Shown: positions 1-10,080, numbered from the stretch's first letter. The stretch: DNA of 64,000 nucleotides from an uncultured Verrucomicrobiae bacterium (GCA_963702845.1 OY969763.1:3136001-3200000), one strand, 5' to 3'. The notes: generated by a model from the letters alone, not told the origin. Numbers and translations: made by a program.

Positions 1-99
1 GGATTGCTGATTAATGAGATTAGTCAACCATTCCCGCACCAGCGGATGGTCATCCACCAAAAAGACTTTCCTCTTCTTTTTGTTCGTTGCGGTCGTCAT
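1..99 (-). CDS. NarL/FixJ-type response regulator, N-terminus (runs off the window edge)
   Basis: Reverse strand reads MTTATNKKKRKVFLVDDHPLVREWLTNLINQQS (receiver VDDH motif); its ATG overlaps the kinase TGA (ATGA). Confidence 0.85.
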   Translation of the reverse strand, partial: MTTATNKKKRKVFLVDDHPLVREWLTNLINQQS

Positions 100-1169
100 G
101 CAGGCTTAGTTTGCTTCGGCTTGTGGACTTCAATCGATGGCGAAAGCGAACACTTTACGAAAGTGCCACCAGTCGGGTTAGGCTCGATGGAAAAAGACGC
201 ACCAATCATCGCCGCTCGATGCGCCATAATTCGCGTGCCAAGCCCCTGATTTTCCTGCCACGTTTCCGGCAAGCCCGTTCCGTCGTCTTCCACCGTCAGA
301 ACGATCGCGCCACCCAGGTGGACAAGGCTGATCAAGATGTTCTTCGGCTTGCCGTGCCGAATCGCATTGCTCACGGCTTCCTGTGCGATGCGGTAAAGGT
401 TTGTCGCAGTCACAGCATCGTCAATCAACACTCGCGAATCACAATCGAACGTACACGTTAACTTCGACATCCTCGTAATATTCGCTGCAAGTTCCTGGAA
501 GGCCATCATCAGACCTTCGGCCTCCATCTCCACCGGAGAAATTCCGCGGGCCAGATTGCGCGTCAGAGCGATGCCATCCTCCACCAACTCCACGATCTTG
601 TTCGCATCCGCGGCTTCCGCCAGGGACTTGCTCGCCAGCTTCTCCTCGAGCACCTGCCCGGCGACGGCCGTCGCAGTCAAGTGTTGGCAAAGACTGTCGT
701 GCAAATCGTGGCCGATCCGGCGCTGCTCGCTTTCGCTGACCTCCAAGATTTCCTTTTCGAGCCGCTCACGCTCCGCCATTTCTTTTGTCAGGGCCACCGT
801 CCGCTGCCGCACCCGATCTTCCAATTCAGCATGAAAGTCATGTAATCGCGCCAACAACCAAACCACGATGAAATAAAAAACCAGCAGAATCGTAGCGTTC
901 CAGATCGGAATGAAAGAACTCGAAAAACGCGCACCTGCCGCCAAGTCACCCACTATCCAGGTTCCTACGCTCATAACCGACATGAACAATCCAAACCCTC
1001 GCCCAACGAACCAGGTTGCAAAACCAACCCCCAACAAATAAAAAACCGAAAATACGATTTCGAATCCGGCCAAATAATCAATGACGCCAACCAACCCGAG
1101 GATCCCAAAACACGTCAGTATCAGAATCGGTCGGGAACGGCGCTCAATATTTTGGACAATTCCGGTCAT
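96..1169 (-). CDS. Membrane sensor histidine kinase (HisKA_3/NarX-like)
   Basis: N-terminal TM helices; EQRRIGHDLHDSLCQ H-box; QEAVSNAIRHG N-box; EDDGTG and GLG boxes. Confidence 0.92.
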   Translation of the reverse strand: MTGIVQNIERRSRPILILTCFGILGLVGVIDYLAGFEIVFSVFYLLGVGFATWFVGRGFGLFMSVMSVGTWIVGDLAAGARFSSSFIPIWNATILLVFYFIVVWLLARLHDFHAELEDRVRQRTVALTKEMAERERLEKEILEVSESEQRRIGHDLHDSLCQHLTATAVAGQVLEEKLASKSLAEAADANKIVELVEDGIALTRNLARGISPVEMEAEGLMMAFQELAANITRMSKLTCTFDCDSRVLIDDAVTATNLYRIAQEAVSNAIRHGKPKNILISLVHLGGAIVLTVEDDGTGLPETWQENQGLGTRIMAHRAAMIGASFSIEPNPTGGTFVKCSLSPSIEVHKPKQTKPA

Positions 1170-1730
1170 ACATCTAACTCATGTGCGAACGAAGACATCT
1201 GCAACAGAGCGCACCGAGCAACGTTAGCAAAAACGCTGCTTTCCCATGTTCGCCCAAAAGCATCCTTTTATGCAATGATTTCGCATTCCCGGGGCAACTG
1301 AATGTTGCGACTGATGGTTTAGCGCCGGCAAAATCCGGCGTAGACTATACGCTTTTCGGAACACTGTTGTTTGACTGAGTTTGCAGCAACCGGACCTTTG
1401 AACAGCCAGATCAGTGGCGCGGGTTTCATCTTACAACTTGAATAGGGGGTAACTGACAAAATGGAGTGCCGACGTGATGGCTCTCGGCCTCAGGCAACAG
1501 GGCAGCAAGGCGCTGTCGGTGAAAGGCAAACGCCTTTTCGACTCGATCGTGAATCATCGCCTCAGAGACAAAGTTGACGTGCTCTTGCATGGAGTTGGTA
1601 ATCGTTGAACGCGCATTAGCGGCTTAACACTTGTGCTGCGGATTTTGATGATTTTCCGGGTACCAATAGTGCACTGTGAAACACTGTCCCACGGAGAAAA
1701 AGCAAATTCCTATCATTCCCGGTTGGTCGG

Positions 1731-1759
1731 TTGCCCTTTTCCCTTCTGTTTTGCGCATT
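1731..1759 (+). promoter_or_regulatory. Putative ECF promoter TTGCCC-N17-CGCATT (copy 1)
   Basis: TTGCCC 1731-1736, CGCATT 1754-1759, 23 nt before the ATG at 1783; same motif and spacing before three other genes. Confidence 0.75.
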
Positions 1760-1782
1760 ACCTGTTAGTAGATGCATAACCC

Positions 1783-3750
1783 ATGAAGGAGCCGATCAAT
1801 CCCGAAGTGGCCATCTTTAATGGCGCCCTCGAACTTGCCGGAGCTGAGCGCGCCGCATATCTGGACCAGGCATGCGCGGGCAACATGGCGCTGCGCGAAA
1901 AAGTTGAAGCGCTGTTGAAGGCAAGTGAACAGGCAGAAAATTTTTTGGAAGTTCCGCCCACCGGTTTGCCGCGTACCATAACAGTGCGGATTCCGCTCAC
2001 TGAAAAACCCGGCGATAAAATAGGACGTTATAAACTCCTTCAACAAATCGGTGAGGGTGGTTGCGGTGTGGTTTACATGGCTGAACAGGAAGAACCGGTG
2101 CGTCGGCGAGTCGCGCTGAAGGTCATCAAATTAGGGATGGATACAAAGGAGGTCATCGCCCGGTTTGAAGCTGAACGTCAGGCGCTGGCGATGATGGATC
2201 ATCCAAACATTGCAAAAGTGCTCGATGCGGGGGCGACAGATACTGGACGTCCGTATTTCGTGATGGAGCTGGTGCGCGGAATCAAAATCACCGAGTACTG
2301 CGACGAGAATAAGGTGCCCACCGAGGAACGGCTCAAACTTTTTGTTCAGGTTTGCCAGGCGATTCAGCATGCGCATCAAAAGGGAATCATTCATCGCGAC
2401 ATCAAACCGTCGAACATTTTGGTCACGATCAATGACGGCGTGCCGGTGCCCAAGGTCATCGACTTCGGCATAGCGAAAGCAACGCAGGGACGGCTGACCG
2501 ATTCGACGCTATTTACGGCCTTCGAGCAATTCCTCGGCACGCCGGCCTACATGAGCCCGGAACAGACGGCGATGACCAGCGTGGATATTGATACGCGCAG
2601 CGACATCTACAGTTTGGGCGTGTTGCTTTACGAACTTCTCACCGGCAAAACTCCCTTCGACGCAAGCGAACTGCTCCAATCTGGCCTGGACGCGATGCGT
2701 CGCACCATCCGGGAAAAGGAACCGCCCAAGCCTTCCACTAGATTGAGCACAATGCTCAATGCGGATCGAACGGTTACCGCCTCTCATCGCCAGACTGATC
2801 CGCCCAAACTGATTCATCTCGTGCGCGGCGACCTTGACTGGATCGTGATGAAGTCGCTGGAGAAAGACCGCGCGCGCCGGTACGAGACGGCCAATGGATT
2901 CGCAGCAGACATCCAAAAACATTTGAACGACGAACCGGTCAGCGCGAGCCCGCCCGGCGGGTTTTACCGCTTGCAAAAAGCGATGCGGAGAAACAAGCGG
3001 ACGTATGCGGCGATGGCGGCCATAATGTGCGCACTAACTGTTGGGCTCGGTGTTTCGACGTGGGTATCCAATTTATCTCAGTCGATACGGCGACGTGGCG
3101 CTGTCGAGTGCCTCGGTTTGACACTCATCAATCCAACGGAAAGTTTGCTGAAACGCCATCAACTCCCCACTGGGATTGAATATCGCGGCCCTATCGTTAC
3201 ACAAGTTCAAGACGGTCATTCGGCATTTCGCATTCCGCCGAAGCCTGATTGCATGTTTTGGATCGTGGAACATCCAATGTCGATAAATTGCGAGTGGAGT
3301 CGCAAGGGAGAATTTCCCAGTTACAGGCCCAAGACGGTTCGACAGATGATCCAGGCGATTTTGTCGTCGGCCTGTACTCCACAACAGTTCCAACGTTTAT
3401 GGGCTCAAGCGCTCCGGGAAATGGCTGACAAGTTCCCTGGACAGCGGCAGCTAAATCTTCGGGTTGCGGATGCTCTGGACGCGATCCTATCGTCATCTAA
3501 CAATGCCGTCCAATCCCAGACTCGATGGACCGAAGCAATCCGGGCCATGGCTGATGAGACACCTTCTCGGCGGGAGGACATTCTTAAGTATGCCTTTAGC
3601 GAACCATTCGGGGATGAGACTGCCAAATACATTTGTCGTGTGGTTTATCATTATCCGACGAACGCCGGCACGATGACGACGCACCTGTCCCTGACCGAAA
3701 AAGACGTTGATACTCTTCGTGAGCTTCTCAAGAGATTACCCCCTGACTGA
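1783..3750 (+). CDS. Hanks-type Ser/Thr protein kinase with TM helix and unrecognised C-terminal domain
   Basis: IGEGGCGVV, VALK, HRDIKPSN, DFG, GTPAYMSPEQ; hydrophobic helix near aa 408-428; PVC-type N-terminus (ERAAYLDQAC). Confidence 0.93.
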   Translation: MKEPINPEVAIFNGALELAGAERAAYLDQACAGNMALREKVEALLKASEQAENFLEVPPTGLPRTITVRIPLTEKPGDKIGRYKLLQQIGEGGCGVVYMAEQEEPVRRRVALKVIKLGMDTKEVIARFEAERQALAMMDHPNIAKVLDAGATDTGRPYFVMELVRGIKITEYCDENKVPTEERLKLFVQVCQAIQHAHQKGIIHRDIKPSNILVTINDGVPVPKVIDFGIAKATQGRLTDSTLFTAFEQFLGTPAYMSPEQTAMTSVDIDTRSDIYSLGVLLYELLTGKTPFDASELLQSGLDAMRRTIREKEPPKPSTRLSTMLNADRTVTASHRQTDPPKLIHLVRGDLDWIVMKSLEKDRARRYETANGFAADIQKHLNDEPVSASPPGGFYRLQKAMRRNKRTYAAMAAIMCALTVGLGVSTWVSNLSQSIRRRGAVECLGLTLINPTESLLKRHQLPTGIEYRGPIVTQVQDGHSAFRIPPKPDCMFWIVEHPMSINCEWSRKGEFPSYRPKTVRQMIQAILSSACTPQQFQRLWAQALREMADKFPGQRQLNLRVADALDAILSSSNNAVQSQTRWTEAIRAMADETPSRREDILKYAFSEPFGDETAKYICRVVYHYPTNAGTMTTHLSLTEKDVDTLRELLKRLPPD

Positions 3751-3984
3751 ACGGCGAAGTCACAGGCTGTCGCGCTTTCTTTTTTTTCGGTAGGCGGACG
3801 TTCTGCGATGTGTGAAACTGGCGCCGCTATATATCTCAAAGAATTCTAAGAATTCATCAGCGAACTGTCATCGTTTGCCAATATTCGGGTGTTGCTAACG
3901 TCATCACAGGCATTCACGGATTGTCCGAAACAAGCGGCTACTCGTTCGCGTCGCAAACGAGATGAACCGCGGGAAGGAACTTGT

Positions 3985-4013
3985 TTGCCCTTTTCCCTTC
4001 TGTTTCACGCATT
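3985..4013 (+). promoter_or_regulatory. Putative ECF promoter TTGCCC-N17-CGCATT (copy 2)
   Basis: TTGCCC 3985-3990, CGCATT 4008-4013; leader nearly identical to 1731-1782. Confidence 0.75.
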
Positions 4014-4036
4014 ACCTGTTAGTAGATGCATAATCC

Positions 4037-6727
4037 ATGAAGGCGCAGATCAATCCTGAAGTCGCCATTTTTAATGACGCGCTCGAACTGGCTCCGACGG
4101 AGCGGAGCGCGTATCTGGACCGGGCCTGTGCGGGCAACATTCCGTTACGCGAAAAAGTTGAAGCCTTGTTGAAGGCCAATGAACAGGCGGAGAACTTTTT
4201 GGAAGTTCCACCCACCGGCTTGCCACTGACCAGAACAGTGCGGATTCCGATCACTGAAAAACCCGGGGATAAGATCGACCGCTACAAACTGCTTCAGCAA
4301 ATCGGCGAAGGCGGTTGCGGCGTGGTCTACATGGCTGAGCAGGAAGAGCCGGTGCGCCGTCGAGTGGCGCTGAAGGTCATTAAACTGGGAATGGATACAA
4401 AGGAGGTCATCGCTCGGTTCGAAGCCGAACGTCAGGCGCTGGCGATGATGGATCATCCCAACATCGCGAAGGTACTCGATGCGGGAGCGACTGATACTGG
4501 ACGTCCGTATTTCGTGATGGAGTTGGTGCGCGGAATCAAAATCACCGAGTTCTGCGATGAGAATAAGGTGCCCACCGAGGAACGGCTCAAACTTTTCATT
4601 CAGGTTTGCCAAGCGATCCAGCATGCGCATCAAAAGGGCATCATTCATCGCGACATCAAACCATCGAACATTTTGGTCACGATCAATGACGGCGTGCCGG
4701 TGCCTAAGGTCATTGACTTCGGCATCGCCAAGGCGACGCAGGGACGGCTGACGGACAAAACGCTATTCACTGCGTTCGAGCAATTCATCGGCACGCCGGC
4801 CTACATGAGCCCGGAGCAGGCGCTGATGACGAGTCTCGATATTGATACACGGAGCGACATTTATAGTCTCGGCGTTTTACTTTACGAACTGTTGACCGGC
4901 GAAACGCCCTTTGACGCCACTGAACTTCTGCAATCTGGCTTTGACGCGATGCGACAAATGATCCGAGAGAAGGAACCGCAGCGTCCATCAGCGCGTTTGA
5001 GCACGATGACGGCTGATGCGCTTACGACTACAGCCTCGCAACGTCACACCCATCCTCCCAAATTGTTGCATATGATCAGCGGCGATTTGGATTGGATCGT
5101 CATGACGTGCCTAGAGAAGGATCGTTCGCGTCGTTACGAAACGGCCAACGGTTTGGCAGCGGACATCCAGCGCCATCTGAACACAGAACCCATTGTTGCT
5201 CACCCTCCCAACGGCTTGTATCGCCTCCAAAAGGCAGTTCGTCGCCATAAATCCGTATTCGCCGCAGTAGCAGCCATCGCGGCGGCACTGGTAATAGGCA
5301 TTGTGGTGAGCACGCTGGAAGCAATTCGAGCGACGCGCGCAGAGCGGGAGCAAACCCGCCTTAGGACCGTTGCCGAAACAAAAGAAAAGAAAAGTGAACA
5401 AGTCGCTCAGTTCCTCAAGGACATGTTGAAAGGAGTCAGTCCCCATGTGGCGCTGGGTCGCGATACAACCATGCTGCGTGAGATCGTGGATAAGACGGCC
5501 GAACGAATAGGGACGGATCTCAAAGATCAACCCGAGGTGAGAATCGAACTTAGCCTCGTGCTGGCGCGCGTGTATGGGGATTTGTCGCTCTTTGAAAAAG
5601 AAGAGCAAATTGCTAGGGAGACTCTTCAATTGGCCCGCGCGCATTACGGCGAGAATAACCTGGCGGTAGCAGATGCGCTCAGCATCCTCGGACGCGCCCT
5701 CAATTTTGTTCGGAAATTACCGGAAGGCGAAACCGTTACCCGCGAGGCGATAGCACTGGATAGAAAACTACGCGGCATTAATAGCCTGGAAGAAGCTTCT
5801 GCGTTGCTGACTCTTTGTGACTTGCTACGCAACCAGTGGGATGGTTACGAACATAGCAAGCTCGATGAAGCTGAAACCGCAATTCGCCGATCACTCGCGA
5901 TCAGAAAGAAACTTCTTGGCAATGATGCGGTTGAGATAGCGCAGTCCCTCGATACTCTGAGTCTCCTGCTGCGGGTTGAAAACAAGCTGGCAGAGGCTGA
6001 AATCGCATCTCGCGAGAGCCTCGCGATTCGCAAAAAACTATATGGTGAAGATAATCCGACGATAGCCTCTTCCTTAACGTGGCTGGGCGGGGTGCTGTCC
6101 GCCCAGGGAAAACTGAAAGAAGCCGAAGAGTCTCTGCGGCTAGCACTGGCAATTGATGTAAGAGAGAAGAGCACGAATATTTGGCATCACGCGATCCGAC
6201 TTTCGTATCTTGAAAGTGTCCTCGAAAAAGAAGGCAACCTGGCTGAAGCGGAAACTTGCCTGCGAGAGGCGGCGGAAGTCGTACGCTTGCGGAAAAACAC
6301 AGAGGACATGGAGCGATACGAATTTATCCGACGACTGGCCGTTGTCCTTTTAAAAAACGGCAAACGTGACGACGCTCTGGCAGCCTACCGAGAAGTGGTC
6401 CAGGGCTATCGGGGTGTGGCGGGTAGGAAGGATGTAAATGTATTAAACAGCATTGCTTGGCTTTTAGCCACCTGCCCCTTGCAGGAGATCCGCGACGGAC
6501 ATGACGCTGTAAAATATGGCGAACAAAATGTTGATGCCACACACCGTCAAAATCCTTTTTTCCTGGATACACTGGCGGCTGGTTATGCCGAATGTGGCGA
6601 ATTTGCGAAAGCAATCGAGACCGAAAAAGAGGCGATGGCCCTTCGGGCCAATGAAGCTTTCAAGAAAGACTTCTCCTCCCGATTGAAGCTCTATGAAGTG
6701 AATAATCCCTATCGGGACCGGTATTAA
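4037..6727 (+). CDS. Hanks-type Ser/Thr protein kinase with TM helix and TPR repeats
   Basis: Kinase domain near-identical to 1783-3750; C-terminal TPR-like repeats (EAETAIRRSLAIRKKLLG) and NSIAWLLAT...LDTLAAGYAE motif. Confidence 0.93.
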   Translation: MKAQINPEVAIFNDALELAPTERSAYLDRACAGNIPLREKVEALLKANEQAENFLEVPPTGLPLTRTVRIPITEKPGDKIDRYKLLQQIGEGGCGVVYMAEQEEPVRRRVALKVIKLGMDTKEVIARFEAERQALAMMDHPNIAKVLDAGATDTGRPYFVMELVRGIKITEFCDENKVPTEERLKLFIQVCQAIQHAHQKGIIHRDIKPSNILVTINDGVPVPKVIDFGIAKATQGRLTDKTLFTAFEQFIGTPAYMSPEQALMTSLDIDTRSDIYSLGVLLYELLTGETPFDATELLQSGFDAMRQMIREKEPQRPSARLSTMTADALTTTASQRHTHPPKLLHMISGDLDWIVMTCLEKDRSRRYETANGLAADIQRHLNTEPIVAHPPNGLYRLQKAVRRHKSVFAAVAAIAAALVIGIVVSTLEAIRATRAEREQTRLRTVAETKEKKSEQVAQFLKDMLKGVSPHVALGRDTTMLREIVDKTAERIGTDLKDQPEVRIELSLVLARVYGDLSLFEKEEQIARETLQLARAHYGENNLAVADALSILGRALNFVRKLPEGETVTREAIALDRKLRGINSLEEASALLTLCDLLRNQWDGYEHSKLDEAETAIRRSLAIRKKLLGNDAVEIAQSLDTLSLLLRVENKLAEAEIASRESLAIRKKLYGEDNPTIASSLTWLGGVLSAQGKLKEAEESLRLALAIDVREKSTNIWHHAIRLSYLESVLEKEGNLAEAETCLREAAEVVRLRKNTEDMERYEFIRRLAVVLLKNGKRDDALAAYREVVQGYRGVAGRKDVNVLNSIAWLLATCPLQEIRDGHDAVKYGEQNVDATHRQNPFFLDTLAAGYAECGEFAKAIETEKEAMALRANEAFKKDFSSRLKLYEVNNPYRDRY

Positions 6728-6831
6728 AAAGCCTCCGTGTTCGCCAAAGCGGTGCTCAACGGGAAATGCACGTGCCTTCCAAGTGTGAATCAGCACTGGT
6801 TTTTCTTTTCGGTAGTTAAATCGAAAATTGT

Positions 6832-6860
6832 TTGCCCTTTTTGATCCACAATTCCGCATT
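6832..6860 (+). promoter_or_regulatory. Putative ECF promoter TTGCCC-N17-CGCATT (copy 3)
   Basis: TTGCCC 6832-6837, CGCATT 6855-6860, upstream of the ATG at 6899; spacer differs from copies 1 and 2 but has the same length. Confidence 0.75.
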
Positions 6861-6898
6861 GCTAGCTGAAACGTGATCTTAAAAAGCGGAAAACCATT

Positions 6899-8341
6899 AT
6901 GAAATCTTTGCAACACATCGGACTTGTTTATGTCGCACTTCTTGCCATGACCCTTCACCTTCGGGCCACCCAACCCGGGGAGGTGGACTTGACCTTTAAT
7001 TCCTCAAACACGCTGGACGGAACGGTTTCTTCAGCCGCCTTGCAGACGAACGGCCAAATCATTGTCGTCGGAGCATTCACATCGGCTGGCGGCGTTCCTC
7101 GAAATCAGATTGCGAGGCTCAACACCGATGGAAATCTTGATACCAGTTTTCAAAGCAACATGACCGGAGTGGTTGAATATCTCGGAACGAGAGCAGTGTT
7201 GGCACAACCAGATGGCAAGGTGCTTATTTCTGGCAGCTTTACGATGGTCAACGGGCAGTCGCGACGCTCGGTCGCGCGGCTGAATGCTGACGGCAGCCTG
7301 GATGACGGTTTCCAAGCCCCGACTTCGGTGGGACCGATGGTTGCTTCCATGGCGCTCCAACCCGATGGCAAAATTATTATTGGCGGAAGTTTTCAAGTGA
7401 TTGGACCCGAGCCTCGCTATGACATCGCCCGCCTCAACGCTGATGGCAGCATCGACGCCGGTTTCCAACACGGAATGATTGGCGATCACGACCAAGGTTA
7501 TCCCGATATCTATGTGGTTGCCCTTCAGCCAGACGGAAAAGTGCTCGTTGGCGGCGATTTCGGACTTATGAACGGCAAGGTGCGCCACGGCATCGCCCGG
7601 CTTAACACCGATGGCAGTCTGGACACGGGCTTTCTGGATGAAACTTCCAGGAGTGGCGGTGGAGTCGTTGCAATTGCCGTGCAACCCGACGGCAAGGTGC
7701 TCATTGGCGGTAATTTTATATCAACGAGCAATGGCACAATTCGCAACAGCCTGTTCCGGCTCAATGCCAATGGCACGATGGACACAAATTTTCTCACTGG
7801 ATCAGGAATGAATGGAGCCGGCAACCCGAGTGGCTCCTTTTGCGACGGATATGATGTAAGCACAATCGTTGTGCAAACCGACGGGAAAATTCTTATCGGA
7901 GGCACTTTCGGTAACGTCAATGGAGTGGCACGCCGCAAAATTGCCCGGCTTAATTCGGATGGTTCTCTGGATGTTAATCTTTTTGAAAGAAACATTGATG
8001 GGAACTGCGGTAGCGGTTTTGGAATAAATTCCATCATTCCGCTAGCCGATGGAAAAATCCTGGCGGGAGGAACATTCACCTCGATCAATGACATCGCCAT
8101 TAATGGCATCGCGCGACTTTTCGGGACCGTCCCTTCCCTAAGCGAGGCCGGCATCGTCGCGGACAAGTTCGGGTTCAATATAAACGGTTACTCCAACCAG
8201 ACCCTGGTCGTGGAAGGGTCAACGAATCTCCTGGATTGGATTCCACTCCAGACCAATACACTGGGAAGTTTGCCGGTGACATTCAGCGATTCGGGCTCGG
8301 GGCTTTTTACGAAGCGCTTTTATCGGGCTCGATTGCAATAG
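6899..8341 (+). CDS. Secreted delta-60 repeat (DUF5122-like) beta-propeller protein with C-terminal ...RFYR domain
   Basis: Signal peptide; repeated ALQPDGK(I/V)LIGGxF...IARLNxDGSLD units. Confidence 0.88.
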   Translation: MKSLQHIGLVYVALLAMTLHLRATQPGEVDLTFNSSNTLDGTVSSAALQTNGQIIVVGAFTSAGGVPRNQIARLNTDGNLDTSFQSNMTGVVEYLGTRAVLAQPDGKVLISGSFTMVNGQSRRSVARLNADGSLDDGFQAPTSVGPMVASMALQPDGKIIIGGSFQVIGPEPRYDIARLNADGSIDAGFQHGMIGDHDQGYPDIYVVALQPDGKVLVGGDFGLMNGKVRHGIARLNTDGSLDTGFLDETSRSGGGVVAIAVQPDGKVLIGGNFISTSNGTIRNSLFRLNANGTMDTNFLTGSGMNGAGNPSGSFCDGYDVSTIVVQTDGKILIGGTFGNVNGVARRKIARLNSDGSLDVNLFERNIDGNCGSGFGINSIIPLADGKILAGGTFTSINDIAINGIARLFGTVPSLSEAGIVADKFGFNINGYSNQTLVVEGSTNLLDWIPLQTNTLGSLPVTFSDSGSGLFTKRFYRARLQ

Positions 8342-8433
8342 AGAGGAATGAATTTCTTCCCAGGTGGGAAGACTGCAGGTCGGGGTGCAAAACGTGTGTG
8401 CGTTCCGACCGCAGACTCTTGCCAAAAATTTCA

Positions 8434-8462
8434 TTGCCCTTTTTCCACCGGAACTTCGCATT
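8434..8462 (+). promoter_or_regulatory. Putative ECF promoter TTGCCC-N17-CGCATT (copy 4)
   Basis: TTGCCC 8434-8439, CGCATT 8457-8462, upstream of the ORF at 8555. Confidence 0.75.
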
Positions 8463-8554
8463 GCTAGATGGACGATCAGGGATAAATGGAAATCTGATCA
8501 CAACAAACAAACATAGACCCGGGCGAAATTCGCCTGAAAATCGAAGGAAACAAA

Positions 8555-9226
8555 ATGAAATTCATGACACCACAAACCAGTAATTTGATCGGGCCGATTT
8601 GGGCTAGATTAAAAACCAAATGCCTGACCGCAACACTCGCTGCCGGACTCGCTATGCTCGCTACCACCCTGTCAGCCAGCGCCGGTTCCGGCAACGTGCT
8701 CTCGCCCTCGGAGGAAACGCACGGATACTCCCTGGACGACATGGCGGCCGCCGTTGCCAATTTCAGTATCAGCGGGAATGACCTGTCTTTTTATCCAACC
8801 ACGCCGTTCCAGATCATCTACAACCGACCTGGCAGAACTTTCACGGTCAAGCCTGGCACCACGTTGTATTTGAAGTTCTTCTTCATTGACGATTCCGCTC
8901 CGGTCGTCGGCAACTGGCCGGCGGACAAAGCCGAAGCCGGGAATTACGTCTTTGGCGCGGATCAACTCGGCGGGCACGATCTTCAGGTCGTGGTGGATGG
9001 CCAGGTGTCTTCGCTGGATGATCCCGGTTACATCGGTGGGCCGGTCGCGACGCCGACCTCACCCGACGGCAGCGAGCACATGATCCAGATCGGCGCGTTC
9101 GTCACGCCCCTGACCAAGGGAACGCACACCATCACCATTCGAGGTGTATTTGATGGCACGGCACTGGTGGACGCGTTCGGTGGACCTCTTGAAGCTGAAA
9201 TCACCTACACGGTAATTGTGAAGTAA
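8555..9226 (+). CDS. Secreted hypothetical protein
   Basis: 223-aa ORF with a signal-peptide-like segment (LTATLAAGLAMLATTLSASA), coding-like codon usage and a downstream terminator. Confidence 0.75.
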   Translation: MKFMTPQTSNLIGPIWARLKTKCLTATLAAGLAMLATTLSASAGSGNVLSPSEETHGYSLDDMAAAVANFSISGNDLSFYPTTPFQIIYNRPGRTFTVKPGTTLYLKFFFIDDSAPVVGNWPADKAEAGNYVFGADQLGGHDLQVVVDGQVSSLDDPGYIGGPVATPTSPDGSEHMIQIGAFVTPLTKGTHTITIRGVFDGTALVDAFGGPLEAEITYTVIVK

Positions 9227-9245
9227 TTTTTTTGCACCAGCGATT

Positions 9246-9284
9246 CGGGCAGCGCAGGCCGTGATGGCCGGCGCTGCCCGTTTT
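9246..9284 (+). terminator. Rho-independent terminator
   Basis: CGGGCAGCGC...GCGCTGCCCG stem followed by TTTT. Confidence 0.65.
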
Positions 9285-9372
9285 GCGTTTCTCTCTTAGA
9301 ATGATCCAGAAAGAGTTGGATTCTCCAACTGTTTCAAGTTGTCGCTTCCCGGTTCTCCGCTACTCTGGCCGC

Positions 9373-9930
9373 GTGAGCGATGTTACCCGGATTCTCCAAG
9401 CGGCCCGGAAAGGTGATCCTCAGGCTGCGAACGAGTTGTTGCCGCTCGTTTACGAGGAACTTCGACGGCTCGCCGCTCACAGAATGTCTAATGAAGCGGC
9501 TGGCCAAACATTACAAGCGACCGCTTTAGTTCACGAAGCGTGGCTGCGATTGGTCGGCACCGAAGACAAAAAATGGGATGGGCGCGCCCATTTCTTTGCC
9601 GCTGCTGCAGAAGCGATGCGCCGAATTCTAATTGATCGCGCGCGTCGCAAGAATGCGATCCGTCATGGGGGCGACCACCAGCGCGTGGAGCTTCAGGACT
9701 CAGACTTGCTTGCTGCAGCAACGGACGATCGTTTGATCGCCGTCAGCGAGGCGCTGGACAAACTCGCAATCGAACACAAGGCCGAGGCGGAGTTGGTAAA
9801 GTTGCGTTACTTCGTCGGAATGACCAACGACGAGGCTGCAGAAGCTCTTGGCATTTCGCCGCGCACAGCAAAGTATTATTGGACTCACGCCCGAGCGTGG
9901 CTTTATGCGGAGATCAATCGCACGAGCTAA
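9373..9930 (+). CDS. ECF sigma factor, TIGR02999/ECF43-like (STK-associated)
   Basis: LLPLVYEELRRLA, TLQATALVHEAWLRL, HFFAAAAEAMRRILIDRAR, LVKLRYFVGMTNDEAAEALGIS; probable GTG start at 9373. Confidence 0.9.
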   Translation: MSDVTRILQAARKGDPQAANELLPLVYEELRRLAAHRMSNEAAGQTLQATALVHEAWLRLVGTEDKKWDGRAHFFAAAAEAMRRILIDRARRKNAIRHGGDHQRVELQDSDLLAAATDDRLIAVSEALDKLAIEHKAEAELVKLRYFVGMTNDEAAEALGISPRTAKYYWTHARAWLYAEINRTS

Positions 9931-10080
9931 CGATTGTCAGCGACTGTTGTCTCTCCCACCTGGACAAAATACCCGTCGTGCTAAGGCTTTTTCTTTTGAG
10001 GTTCGCGGAAGCTAACTGCATTTGTTGTTGAGCGACTGAGATGTTTCTCACCGAGAAAGGCCCGAATGGCGGGGGCGCTG

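Noticed and set aside
1515..1545. c-di-GMP-I riboswitch (GGCAAAC)
   Set aside because: Only a simple hairpin; the GAAA tetraloop stem and GACGCAAAG elements are missing.
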